Origin: an uncultured Eubacteriales bacterium
GTDB lineage: Bacteria; Bacillota; Clostridia; Oscillospirales; Acutalibacteraceae
Direction of reading: 5' to 3'
Assembly (NCBI GenBank): GCA_934486635.1
Contig: CAKSPZ010000003.1
Coordinates: forward strand, 117,987 to 181,986
DNA: 64,000 nt
Of this stretch, positions 9,845 to 18,793 are shown piece by piece. The notes under the pieces are model-generated. The model searched no databases. It was not told the DNA's origin and worked only from the letters and a program-made list of their open reading frames with translations. How positions within the stretch are numbered: position 1 is the stretch's first letter; each line of letters opens with the position of its first letter. Position numbers and translations under genes: made by a program.

Positions 9845-12800
9845 TTGAATATATTTGGAGAATTTTTAAATAGATACATAGATTATAATTTAATTACTGA
9901 TGATATTTTAAGCGGTGATGTAAAATCTATTAACATAGATTCAAAAAATAGAACATTAAGTATAGATGTGGCGTTTTCACAGCCTGTGAAACGCCATGAT
10001 CTTTATAATGTAGAAAAAAAATTACAGGTTTCAACTTTGAACTTGAATAATGTCGATATAAATCCTATTTTTCCGAGTGAAACATTTACAGAGAAATACT
10101 ACCCAGATTTAATTGAAAAGATTATGAAAAATACAAAAAGCGTAAATGGAACATTAAAAGGCTCTGTTGCGAAAATAGAGAAGGAAGATTTTATCATTTC
10201 TCTAATGCACGGTGGAAAAGATATACTTATAAATAAAAAATTTGATAAAACATTAAAAGATTTAATTCTTAAAGAATTTGGTGTCAATTATAATATTAAG
10301 TTTGATGGAAACACAACCATTAATAGTGATAACTCTACATATATAGAAAAACAAGCTATAGTAATGGAAAAAAAGAAAAGAGAAAAAATAATTGAAGAAA
10401 TAGAAATTTATAATTCAAATATGAATGAAAACACAGAAAAAAATAAAGACCTTTCAATATCAGTTCGAAAAGGAAAAAATTTATACCCAAGTATTATACT
10501 ATCAACAGCAAAAGCAATTTTGGGTGGAATTATAAAAAATGAACCTATTAAAATTTCTGATATAACTCCTGATATTGGAAATGTAGTAATATGGGGAGAT
10601 GTATTTTCAGTAGACGAACATATGACAAGAGATGAAAGTAAAAAAATATATTCAATAAATATTACTGATTATACCGGCTCGATGACTTTAAAAATTATTG
10701 CTGAAAAAGAAAAATGGAAAATATTCGATAACCTTACAAAAGGACATACTCTATTGGTTAAAGGAGAAGTAACCTATGATAAGTATGATAAAGAAATAGT
10801 TATAAGACCTAAAAATATTTGTGAAGTAGAAAAAATAAAAGTTAAAGATAAATCAGAAAAAAAGAGGGTAGAATTGCACCTTCATACAAATATGTCATCT
10901 ATGGATGGTGTATCTACAGCTGGGGATTTAATAGAACGTGCATACAAATGGGGACATAAAGCAGTAGCTATTACGGATCATGGTGTAGCACAAGCTTTTC
11001 CAGATGCTATGAATGCAGCCAATAAAATAAAAAGTAATGGTGGACATATAAAAGTAATATACGGAGTAGAGGCATATTTTATAGATGATTTAAATTCTGA
11101 TAATAGTGAAGATATAAAAAAACTAAAATATTATCATCAAATTATACTTGTAAAAAATAAAGTTGGACTAAAGAATTTATATAGACTTATATCAAAAGCA
11201 CACCTTAATTATTTTTATAAAAAACCAAGAATACCTAAAAGTGAATTAATAAAATATCGAGAGGGGTTAATTATAGGAAGTGCTTGTGAAGCAGGAGAAC
11301 TTTTTAGAGCAATTGTAAATAAGGAAAGTCATGAACGTTTATGTGAAATAGCAAAGTTTTATGATTATTTGGAAGTACAACCTATTGGAAATAATAGCTT
11401 TTTAATTAGAGAAGGAATAGCTGCTAATGAAAATGATTTAATTGAGTTTAATAAAACTATAGTTAACCTAGGGCAAGAACTTAATATACCAGTAGTAGCT
11501 ACCTGTGATGTGCATTTTTTAGATCCTCATGATGCAAAATATAGAACAGTATTAATGGCAGGTCAAGGTTATACAGATGCAGATAATCAAGCACCTTTAT
11601 ATTTTAAAACTACAGATGAAATGCTAGAGGAATTTTCTTATTTAGAAAAAGATAAAGCTTATGAAATTGTAGTGGATAATACTAATAAAATTTCAGAACA
11701 AATAGAAGAGTTGACACCTATACCACCGGGTGTTTTTCCTCCATTTATAGATGGAGCAGAAGAACAACTTGTTAATATTACTTGGGAAAGAACAAAAAAA
11801 ATGTATGGAGATCCATTACCACCAATAGTAAAGGAACGTTTAGAAAGAGAGTTATCTTCAATTACAAAGCATGGATTTTCAGTGCTTTATATGACAGCAC
11901 AAAAATTAGTGGCAAACTCTGAAGAACATGGTTATTTGGTGGGGTCAAGAGGTTCTGTAGGCTCATCTTTTGTAGCTACTATGTCAGGAATATCTGAGGT
12001 TAATCCATTGTTTCCTCATTATGTTTGCCCGAAGTGTAAAAACAGTGAATTTATAACAGACGGAAGTTATGGTTCTGGTTTTGATTTACCTGAGAAGAAA
12101 TGTCCCAACTGTGGAACATTGTATCATAGAGATGGTCACAATATACCATTTGAAACATTTTTAGGGTTTGATGGAGACAAAACACCTGATATAGATCTTA
12201 ATTTCTCAGGGGAATATCAAAGTGAAGCACATAGATATACTGAAACTCTTTTTGGAAAAGATAATGTTTTTAAAGCAGGAACAATAGCTACAATAGCGGA
12301 AAAAACAGGGATTGGATTTGTAAAAAAATATGCAGAGCAAAAAGGAATTACATTACATAAGTCTGAAGAGTTGAGATTAGCAGCTGGGTGCACAGGAATA
12401 AAAAGAACAACAGGTCAACATCCTGGAGGAATGGTTGTAGTGCCAAAAGGAATGGAAATCTATGATTTTTGTCCAGTACAAAGACCTGCAAATGATCAAA
12501 AATCTGACAATATAACAACCCATTTTGATTTCCATTCAATTCATGATACAATATGTAAACTTGATGAGTTGGGGCATGATGTTCCGTCTATATATAGATA
12601 TTTGGAGGATTATACAGGAATATCTGTTATGGATGTATCAATGAGTGATGAAAAAGTAATGTCATTATTTACGTCCACAAAAGCCTTAGGAGTAACCCCT
12701 GAAGCAATAGATTCTCAAACTGGAACATTTTCTTTACCTGAAGTTGGCACACATTTTGTACGTCAAATGATGATAGAGGCTCAACCAAAAACATTTTCGG

Positions 12801-13615
12801 ATTTACTACAAATTTCAGGGTTATCACATGGAACTGATGTATGGATAGGAAATGCTCAAGAATTAATAAAAAACAAAACATGTACGATTTCCGAAGTAAT
12901 TGGAACGAGAGACAGTATAATGACATATCTTTTACAAAAAGGTTTAGAACCTAAAATGGCATTTAAAATAATGGAAATAGTTCGAAAAGGTAAAGCTAAA
13001 AAACTTTTAACCCAGGAACACATGGATGCCATGAAGGCACATGATGTTCCGCAGTGGTATATTGACTCATGTATGAAAATAAAATATATGTTTCCAAAGG
13101 CTCATGCTACAGCATATATGATATCGACTTTACGTCTTGGATGGTATAAGGTTTATAAGCCGCTTGAATATTATGCAGCATATTTTACTGTTAGAAGTGA
13201 AGACCTTGATGGTTTGCTTGTTATGAAAGGTAAAGAAGCGGTAAAACAATATATGAAAGAGATAAAATTAAAAGGTAAGGAAGCAACAGCTAAAGAAAAT
13301 GCATCATTCGCTACTTTACAGATTGTAAACGAGATGTTAGAAAGAGGTATAGAAGTTTTACCAATAGATTTGTATAAATCAGATTCTTATAAATTTTTAG
13401 TTGAAGATAACAAGATAAGGTTGCCTTTTTCGTCACTTGCAGGTGTAGGAGAAAACGCAGCAAAAAGTTTAGCTGAAGCGGGTAAAAAAGGTAAATATAT
13501 ATCTGTGGATGAAATTCAAACAAGAGCTGGGGTATCTAAAAGTGTGATAGAATTAATGGACGAAAACGGTATATTAAAAGGCATACCAAAAAGTAGCCAG
13601 TTAAGTTTCTTTTAA
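9845..13615 (+). CDS. polC: DNA polymerase III PolC-type alpha subunit, short form lacking the 3'-5' exonuclease insertion
   Basis: 1256-aa continuous ORF with TTG start. OB region VVIWGDVFSVDEHMTRD, PHP motifs ELHLHT / ITDHG / GVEAY / CDVHF, CPKC...CPNC zinc module, TTGQHPGG palm motif and C-terminal LSFF clamp-binding-like tail. Only about 14 residues sit where the DnaQ-like domain normally lies. Confidence 0.92.
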   Translation: MNIFGEFLNRYIDYNLITDDILSGDVKSINIDSKNRTLSIDVAFSQPVKRHDLYNVEKKLQVSTLNLNNVDINPIFPSETFTEKYYPDLIEKIMKNTKSVNGTLKGSVAKIEKEDFIISLMHGGKDILINKKFDKTLKDLILKEFGVNYNIKFDGNTTINSDNSTYIEKQAIVMEKKKREKIIEEIEIYNSNMNENTEKNKDLSISVRKGKNLYPSIILSTAKAILGGIIKNEPIKISDITPDIGNVVIWGDVFSVDEHMTRDESKKIYSINITDYTGSMTLKIIAEKEKWKIFDNLTKGHTLLVKGEVTYDKYDKEIVIRPKNICEVEKIKVKDKSEKKRVELHLHTNMSSMDGVSTAGDLIERAYKWGHKAVAITDHGVAQAFPDAMNAANKIKSNGGHIKVIYGVEAYFIDDLNSDNSEDIKKLKYYHQIILVKNKVGLKNLYRLISKAHLNYFYKKPRIPKSELIKYREGLIIGSACEAGELFRAIVNKESHERLCEIAKFYDYLEVQPIGNNSFLIREGIAANENDLIEFNKTIVNLGQELNIPVVATCDVHFLDPHDAKYRTVLMAGQGYTDADNQAPLYFKTTDEMLEEFSYLEKDKAYEIVVDNTNKISEQIEELTPIPPGVFPPFIDGAEEQLVNITWERTKKMYGDPLPPIVKERLERELSSITKHGFSVLYMTAQKLVANSEEHGYLVGSRGSVGSSFVATMSGISEVNPLFPHYVCPKCKNSEFITDGSYGSGFDLPEKKCPNCGTLYHRDGHNIPFETFLGFDGDKTPDIDLNFSGEYQSEAHRYTETLFGKDNVFKAGTIATIAEKTGIGFVKKYAEQKGITLHKSEELRLAAGCTGIKRTTGQHPGGMVVVPKGMEIYDFCPVQRPANDQKSDNITTHFDFHSIHDTICKLDELGHDVPSIYRYLEDYTGISVMDVSMSDEKVMSLFTSTKALGVTPEAIDSQTGTFSLPEVGTHFVRQMMIEAQPKTFSDLLQISGLSHGTDVWIGNAQELIKNKTCTISEVIGTRDSIMTYLLQKGLEPKMAFKIMEIVRKGKAKKLLTQEHMDAMKAHDVPQWYIDSCMKIKYMFPKAHATAYMISTLRLGWYKVYKPLEYYAAYFTVRSEDLDGLLVMKGKEAVKQYMKEIKLKGKEATAKENASFATLQIVNEMLERGIEVLPIDLYKSDSYKFLVEDNKIRLPFSSLAGVGENAAKSLAEAGKKGKYISVDEIQTRAGVSKSVIELMDENGILKGIPKSSQLSFF

Positions 13616-13627
13616 AAGAACGAAACG

Positions 13628-13656
13628 TTGACATAAAACTGTTTTATTGGTATAAT
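13628..13656 (+). promoter_or_regulatory. Perfect-consensus sigma-A promoter (TTGACA-17-TATAAT)
   Basis: TTGACA 13628-13633, 17-nt spacer, TATAAT 13651-13656. This is 32 nt upstream of the ATG of the 121-aa ORF. Confidence 0.7.
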
Positions 13657-13687
13657 AGAAAAAAATAATTTTAAGGAGAATTTTGTC

Positions 13688-14053
13688 ATGAAAAAATTTA
13701 TTTCTACTTTAATAATTTTTTCGTTGTTTACGACTTCTATATCTACTCCAAGCTATGCGGAACCAATTGAATCTTCTTCTAGTGATTTTTCGTCAATTTA
13801 TTCAATGAGTGATTTAGTACTCATGAGTATAATAGAGCCAGCTGAGAAGATGATAAACAAATTAAACCAAGGGAATCTTGACGAAGATGAAAAATGTATG
13901 TTAGTTGGAGAGCTTAGCAATTTATTAATTATGTATAGCTATAGAGAGGATTTAATAAAACTAATAAAAGATGCCCAAATAAGGAGAGCAGTACGTCAAG
14001 GCTGTATACCTGCAATAGTTAGGGCTTGTATGAAAGTGAATAGCAAAAAATAA
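13688..14053 (+). CDS. Small secreted hypothetical protein (121 aa, signal peptide)
   Basis: AAGGAG RBS. N-terminal MKKFISTLIIFSLFTTSISTPSYA-EP signal-peptide-like segment. No recognisable family. Confidence 0.6.
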   Translation: MKKFISTLIIFSLFTTSISTPSYAEPIESSSSDFSSIYSMSDLVLMSIIEPAEKMINKLNQGNLDEDEKCMLVGELSNLLIMYSYREDLIKLIKDAQIRRAVRQGCIPAIVRACMKVNSKK

Positions 14054-14084
14054 TTAAAGGTTTATTGTAAATGCGTTATTTATA

Positions 14085-14127
14085 TTTTCAAGTCTTTTTT
14101 CTATATAAAGACTTGAAAATTTTTTTA
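14085..14127 (+). terminator. Rho-independent terminator
   Basis: 11-bp stem TTTTCAAGTCT / AGACTTGAAAA followed by a T8 run. Confidence 0.75.
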
Positions 14128-14173
14128 TTTTGATATAAAATACTTATAGATAATTTTATTTGGAGGAAATTAT

Positions 14174-14731
14174 ATGATATCAGCAGGAGATTTTAGAAAC
14201 GGCATTACTTTTGAAATGGATGGAAATGTTTATTGTATAGTAGAATTTCAACATGTTAAACCTGGTAAAGGTGCAGCATTTGTCCGTACAAAAATTAGAA
14301 ATGTTATTACAGGAAGCGTTGTAGAAAAAACTTTTAACCCAAATGATAAATATCCAACAGCTTTTATTGAACGTAAGGATATGCAATATTTGTATAATGA
14401 CGGAGACTTATATTATTTTATGGACCTTGAAAATTATGAGCAAATTCCGATCAACAAAAGCGTTTTAGGTGATAACTTTAAGTTTGTAAAAGAAAATATG
14501 GAGTGTAAAGTATTATCTTACAAAGGCAATGTATTTGGTGTAGAACCACCGTTTTTTGTAGAACTTGAGGTTACTCAAACAGACCCAGGATTCAAAGGTG
14601 ATACTGCAACTAATGCAACTAAACCGGCAATTCTTGAAACAGGTGCAGAAATAAGAGTACCTCTATTTATAGATCAAGGTGAAATGATAAGAATAGATAC
14701 AAGAACTGGTGAATACATGGAAAGAGCATAA
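14174..14731 (+). CDS. efp: Translation elongation factor P
   Basis: 185 aa. [21 protein letters not shown] loop carrying the conserved modified Lys. GGAGG RBS. Confidence 0.96.
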   Translation: MISAGDFRNGITFEMDGNVYCIVEFQHVKPGKGAAFVRTKIRNVITGSVVEKTFNPNDKYPTAFIERKDMQYLYNDGDLYYFMDLENYEQIPINKSVLGDNFKFVKENMECKVLSYKGNVFGVEPPFFVELEVTQTDPGFKGDTATNATKPAILETGAEIRVPLFIDQGEMIRIDTRTGEYMERA

Positions 14732-14822
14732 TTTTGTTCGATACTGATTTTGTAGAATATTTTAAAAAATTATGGCAAAATTAGTATAGATATAATTTTT
14801 ATTTTAGGGAGGTACAAGTTTT

Positions 14823-15314
14823 ATGACTATTACAGAAAAAGTAGCTTATGTTAAGGGTCTCGTTGAGGGGTTAGATATGGATAAGAAAAAACCAGAAGTA
14901 AAGGTTTTATCAGCAATGATGGAATTATTGGATGATATATCTCTTACAGTATCTGACTTAGAGGATGGTTACGATGAATTGGTAGACCAAATAGATGCAG
15001 TCGATGAAGATCTTTCTCTATTAGAAGAGGACTTTTACGAAGCAGAAGATGAGGCAGAAGAAGATGACGATGTTTTTTATGAAGTAACTTGTCCTACCTG
15101 TGGAGAAACTATTTGTGTTTCAGAACCAATTATATTAGATGGTGGAATAGAATGTCCCAATTGTGGTGAGAATTTAGAGTTTGATTTAGATGGAATATCA
15201 TTAGGTAATGAATGTGATTGTGGTTGTGACTGTACTCCAGAGTGCGACTGTGAATCAACTTGTGATTGTGAGCCAGAATGTGACTGTGAACCAAATTGTG
15301 ACTGCGGTTGCTAG
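14823..15314 (+). CDS. CD1247 N-terminal-domain-like protein: acidic helical region, CPxC zinc ribbon and a C-terminal Cys-Asp repeat tail
   Basis: GGGAGG RBS. MTITEKVAYVKGLVEGL... N-terminus as in the clostridial gene that follows efp. CPTCGE...CPNCGE ribbon. The tail is CDCGCDCTPECDCESTCDCEPECDCEPNCDCGC. Confidence 0.7.
   Translation: MTITEKVAYVKGLVEGLDMDKKKPEVKVLSAMMELLDDISLTVSDLEDGYDELVDQIDAVDEDLSLLEEDFYEAEDEAEEDDDVFYEVTCPTCGETICVSEPIILDGGIECPNCGENLEFDLDGISLGNECDCGCDCTPECDCESTCDCEPECDCEPNCDCGC
15213..15311 (+). repeat. In-frame tandem TGTGA(C/T)TG(T/C)-based repeat encoding (CDC-x3)n
   Basis: Seven CDC triplets in 33 codons, visible directly in the DNA as reiterated tgtgattgt / tgtgactgt / tgcgactgt units. 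Confidence 0.9.
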
Positions 15315-15336
15315 ATAGTTGTTTTTATTGTTTCTT

Positions 15337-15380
15337 ATCCCGTCAATACTTTCGTTAAAAAGTATTGACGGGATATTTTT
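15337..15380 (+). terminator. Rho-independent terminator
   Basis: 15-bp stem ATCCCGTCAATACTT / AAGTATTGACGGGAT followed by ATTTTTA. Confidence 0.8.
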
Positions 15381-15409
15381 ATAATTAATTAAGGGAGCTA
15401 ACTTTTTTT

Positions 15410-16141
15410 ATGAAACAGTTCATATTTAGACATAAATTTTTAAAATATACAATTGTAACTTCTTTTTGGTTACTTCTTTGGTATGTTATATACTTTTGGA
15501 TTAATGATAATTCATTGATTGCTTCACCGTATAATGTGATTATTTGCCTTTTTAATTTTATTTTTAATTTTAATTTTTGGCATACAATTGCTTTATCAAT
15601 TATTAGAATATTTTCAGGTTTTTTACTTGCATTTATAGTAGGAACAATTTTAGCTATAGTAACGGTAAAATTTGATTTTATAAATTTATTTTTTAAACCT
15701 ATAATATCTATAATTAAAACCATTCCTATAGTTTCTTTAATTATTTTAGTTACAACTTTTATAAATATGACATTTATACCTACATTTATATCTTTTATTA
15801 CTGTTTTACCAGTTACTTTTAATAATGTGTATTATGGTATAAAACAAAAAAACAATATTAAGGGTAAAAAACAAAAGATAATGTTGACGGATGTTACTCC
15901 GTATATTATATCAGCTGTTAGTTCTGGAATCGGCTTTGCTTGGAAATCAGGAATAAGTGCAGAAGTTTTAGTAAAGTTAAAAGAATCCGTTGGGTATGAA
16001 ATTTATTTTGCAAAAAGTAATTGTTTAATAACCGAACTTTTTACTTGGACAGCAATTGTTGTTATTATTTGCTTTTTACTTGAAAATTTTATAATTTTTA
16101 TTGTGAAATTACTTACAAATAAAAAAAATATTACATTCTAA
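15410..16141 (+). CDS. ABC transporter permease-like membrane protein (NitT/TauT/SsuC-type fold), orphan
   Basis: About 6 TM segments. The C-terminal half PYIISAVSSGIGFAWKSGISAEVL resembles the conserved permease core of SsuC/TauC-type proteins. No ATPase or binding-protein gene is adjacent. Confidence 0.55.
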   Translation: MKQFIFRHKFLKYTIVTSFWLLLWYVIYFWINDNSLIASPYNVIICLFNFIFNFNFWHTIALSIIRIFSGFLLAFIVGTILAIVTVKFDFINLFFKPIISIIKTIPIVSLIILVTTFINMTFIPTFISFITVLPVTFNNVYYGIKQKNNIKGKKQKIMLTDVTPYIISAVSSGIGFAWKSGISAEVLVKLKESVGYEIYFAKSNCLITELFTWTAIVVIICFLLENFIIFIVKLLTNKKNITF

Positions 16142-16160
16142 ATTATATTATTAAAATGTA

Positions 16161-16190
16161 AAAGGGTAGCATTTTTGCTACCCTTTTATG
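16161..16190 (+). terminator. Rho-independent terminator
   Basis: Stem AAAGGGTAGCA / TGCTACCCTTT with a short loop, followed by a T-rich tail. Confidence 0.75.
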
Positions 16191-16273
16191 TTATTAAAAC
16201 GGCTAACATTTAACAAAATAAAAAAACAATATTGTGGAAAAGTATAAGTAGTAGAAAAATGGAGGTGAAAAAC

Positions 16274-17515
16274 ATGAAGAAATTTTTTAAAATGTTATCA
16301 ATAATTTGTAGTATTATGGCTTGTTTTATTTTTATGTTTAGTATAGTAGAAGCTGCTAATTTACCGAATAATTATAAAATTACATCAGATTGCTCACCTA
16401 ATTTAAAAAAATATCTACGCTTAGGAGAAGTACCAATTACTACAATAAAATCACTGCAAAAGGAAACTAAAAATAATGGCTGCAATTGCTATAGTACAAA
16501 TATTTTATTTATGAATGTTATTCCTATAAAAAAAGTAAATATTCAAAAAATTGAGAATGTATATGTTGTACCTGGTGGAAATCCTTTTGGAGTAAAGCTT
16601 TTTACTAAAGGAATTATTATTGTAGGTATATCAGATATAAAAACTTCTCATGGGTTGGTAAATCCAGCAAAGCAGGCCGGATTACAAAAAGGTGATATTA
16701 TTTTAACTATAAATAAAATGGAGATTAATAGTAATGAAGACCTAATAAAAACAGTGGAAAAAAGTAATGGAAATAGTTTATTGGTTGAGGTGGTAAGAAA
16801 TGGAATGAAATATGAGACAACAATAACACCAATAAAAAATGAATCTGACGGAATTTATAAATTGGGAATATGGGTAAGAGATAGTTCTGCGGGTATCGGG
16901 ACTATTACATTTTGGGATGAAAAAACAAAATACTTTGGGGGATTAGGTCATGGTATATGTGATGTAGACACAGGAGAACTTCTGCCACTTTCACATGGAG
17001 ATATAATAAAAACAAATATTAATGGAATATCAAAAGGAACAAGAGGAAATCCTGGAGAATTAAAAGGATACTTTATAGATTGTGAGCCAATTGGATATTT
17101 AACTGATAACACATATAGTGGTGTTTATGGAAAATTGAATGAATGTATACCTAAGAAAGAAGTAATCCCTGTGGCCATGAAACAACAAGTAAAAACCGGA
17201 AAAGCACAGATTTTAACTACAGTATTTGGCAGTTCACCTGAATATTATGATATTGACATAATGCGCATAAATTATAATGAAGAATCCCCAAGTAAAAATA
17301 TGATTATAAAAATAACTGATAATAAATTGCTAAATATAACAGGAGGAATTATTCAAGGTATGAGCGGAAGTCCAATAATACAAAATGATATGTTAGTGGG
17401 TGCAATTACGCACGTGTTTGTAAATGATCCGCAAAAAGGATATGCAATTTTTGCAGAAAATATGATTTCTAACCTCCAAGTTCAAGGAGACAGTGATTAT
17501 AAAAAAGCTTCCTGA
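16274..17515 (+). CDS. spoIVB: SpoIVB peptidase (S55, sigma-K checkpoint signalling protease)
   Basis: GGAGGTG RBS before ATG 16274. Signal anchor, PDZ segment (GLQKGDIILTINKMEINS) and catalytic-Ser motif GIIQGMSGSPII. Lies directly upstream of spo0A as in most spore formers. Confidence 0.92.
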   Translation: MKKFFKMLSIICSIMACFIFMFSIVEAANLPNNYKITSDCSPNLKKYLRLGEVPITTIKSLQKETKNNGCNCYSTNILFMNVIPIKKVNIQKIENVYVVPGGNPFGVKLFTKGIIIVGISDIKTSHGLVNPAKQAGLQKGDIILTINKMEINSNEDLIKTVEKSNGNSLLVEVVRNGMKYETTITPIKNESDGIYKLGIWVRDSSAGIGTITFWDEKTKYFGGLGHGICDVDTGELLPLSHGDIIKTNINGISKGTRGNPGELKGYFIDCEPIGYLTDNTYSGVYGKLNECIPKKEVIPVAMKQQVKTGKAQILTTVFGSSPEYYDIDIMRINYNEESPSKNMIIKITDNKLLNITGGIIQGMSGSPIIQNDMLVGAITHVFVNDPQKGYAIFAENMISNLQVQGDSDYKKAS

Positions 17516-17632
17516 AAAAGCCAAAATTTTATAATAGGTAACAAATAGAAAAAAGATATTTAGAATCTATTGCCAATTATTCCATTTTATGGTAATATAA
17601 CAGTACGATAAATAATAACTGGAGGAGAAAAT

Positions 17633-18409
17633 ATGGGAAATCATTTAAAATTACTAATTGCAGAAGATTGTGAAGAACTAAATCGAGACTCAGAATCTAT
17701 TTTTGAAAAAGCTGGATTTAAAAGCAAATTTATCAAAAAAGATGGTTTCGAAGTTTTAGAAAATGTAAAACAATATAATCCTGACGTTGTACTAATGGAC
17801 TTATTTATGCCTAGACTAGACGCAATAGGTGTAATAAAATCTTTTAAGGATGAAGATAATGCACCAATTTTTATAGTCTTATCCAGTTTTAATAGCCCAG
17901 TATTAGAAAGAGAAGCAATGTTAGCAGGTGCTGCGTATTTTATATTAAAACCGTTTAATGTAAATAATTTAGTAGATAGAATAATTGATTTAGTTAAATG
18001 TTATAAGCAAACCGGAATAGAGAAAGCAACTAAGTTAACTAATAATTATAATATGGGAATAGAATTTAAAGTCACGGAAATATTGCATCAAATAGGAGTA
18101 CCAGCACATATTAAAGGATATCATTATTTAAGAGATTCTATAATGATGTCTGTAGAAAATCCTGAAATTATAAATGCTGTAACTAAACAACTTTATCCTT
18201 CTGTGGCCAAAAAGTTTTCAACAACATCATCTAGAGTTGAAAGAGCTATAAGGCATGCTATTGAAGTGGCTTGGGATAGAGGAGATGTTGATATCTTAAA
18301 TTCATATTTTGGATATACTATACATAATGGAAGAGGTAAACCTACCAACAGCGAATTTATTGCAATGATATCGGACAAATTGCGTTTACAAATGAAAACT
18401 GCAAGCTAA
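17633..18409 (+). CDS. spo0A: Sporulation master regulator Spo0A
   Basis: Receiver domain (VVLMDLFMPRLDAIGV, LKPF) plus the diagnostic Spo0A C-terminal motif SSRVERAIRHAIEVAW. Confidence 0.96.
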   Translation: MGNHLKLLIAEDCEELNRDSESIFEKAGFKSKFIKKDGFEVLENVKQYNPDVVLMDLFMPRLDAIGVIKSFKDEDNAPIFIVLSSFNSPVLEREAMLAGAAYFILKPFNVNNLVDRIIDLVKCYKQTGIEKATKLTNNYNMGIEFKVTEILHQIGVPAHIKGYHYLRDSIMMSVENPEIINAVTKQLYPSVAKKFSTTSSRVERAIRHAIEVAWDRGDVDILNSYFGYTIHNGRGKPTNSEFIAMISDKLRLQMKTAS

Positions 18410-18412
18410 AAA

Positions 18413-18793
18413 TTATAATATATTTTGTATCAATGGTAATTCTGTATCTCTTAAATGGTTAAGTTGAGATTTAGCTACTTCACCTTCCACATAAAAATCT
18501 TCAATTTGTTCATTTGATAAATTAGTTCTCATGCTGATAATAGATTGATCTATTTGTTCTAATCTATTGTGATCAATAAAGGTAGAAATAAAAGCTTGTT
18601 TTTCTTGCCATTTTTTTTCAATATTATTACTTAATTCCAGAGCATATTCTATGTTTTCATTGGTAGTCTCCTGTATAGTATTTTCAATTTCTTCAGTAAA
18701 TGAAGATACTGTATTATCAAGAAACATAGTTTCAGCTATACACGTACCTAAAACAACCACAAATAGACTTAATGTTACTAATAATCGTTTCAT
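18413..18793 (-). CDS. DUF4363 family protein (single N-terminal TM/signal)
   Basis: 126 aa with one N-terminal TM. Typical partner encoded immediately downstream of DUF421 (YetF-like) genes. The start overlaps the DUF421 stop by 1 nt. Confidence 0.65.
   Translation of the reverse strand: MKRLLVTLSLFVVVLGTCIAETMFLDNTVSSFTEEIENTIQETTNENIEYALELSNNIEKKWQEKQAFISTFIDHNRLEQIDQSIISMRTNLSNEQIEDFYVEGEVAKSQLNHLRDTELPLIQNIL

Noticed and set aside
17516-17632. Searched the spo0A upstream region for 0A boxes (TGTCGAA-like) and a sigma-H promoter
   Set aside because: Only partial matches were found (e.g. TTGCCAAT), none convincing by eye. A PWM scan would be needed.
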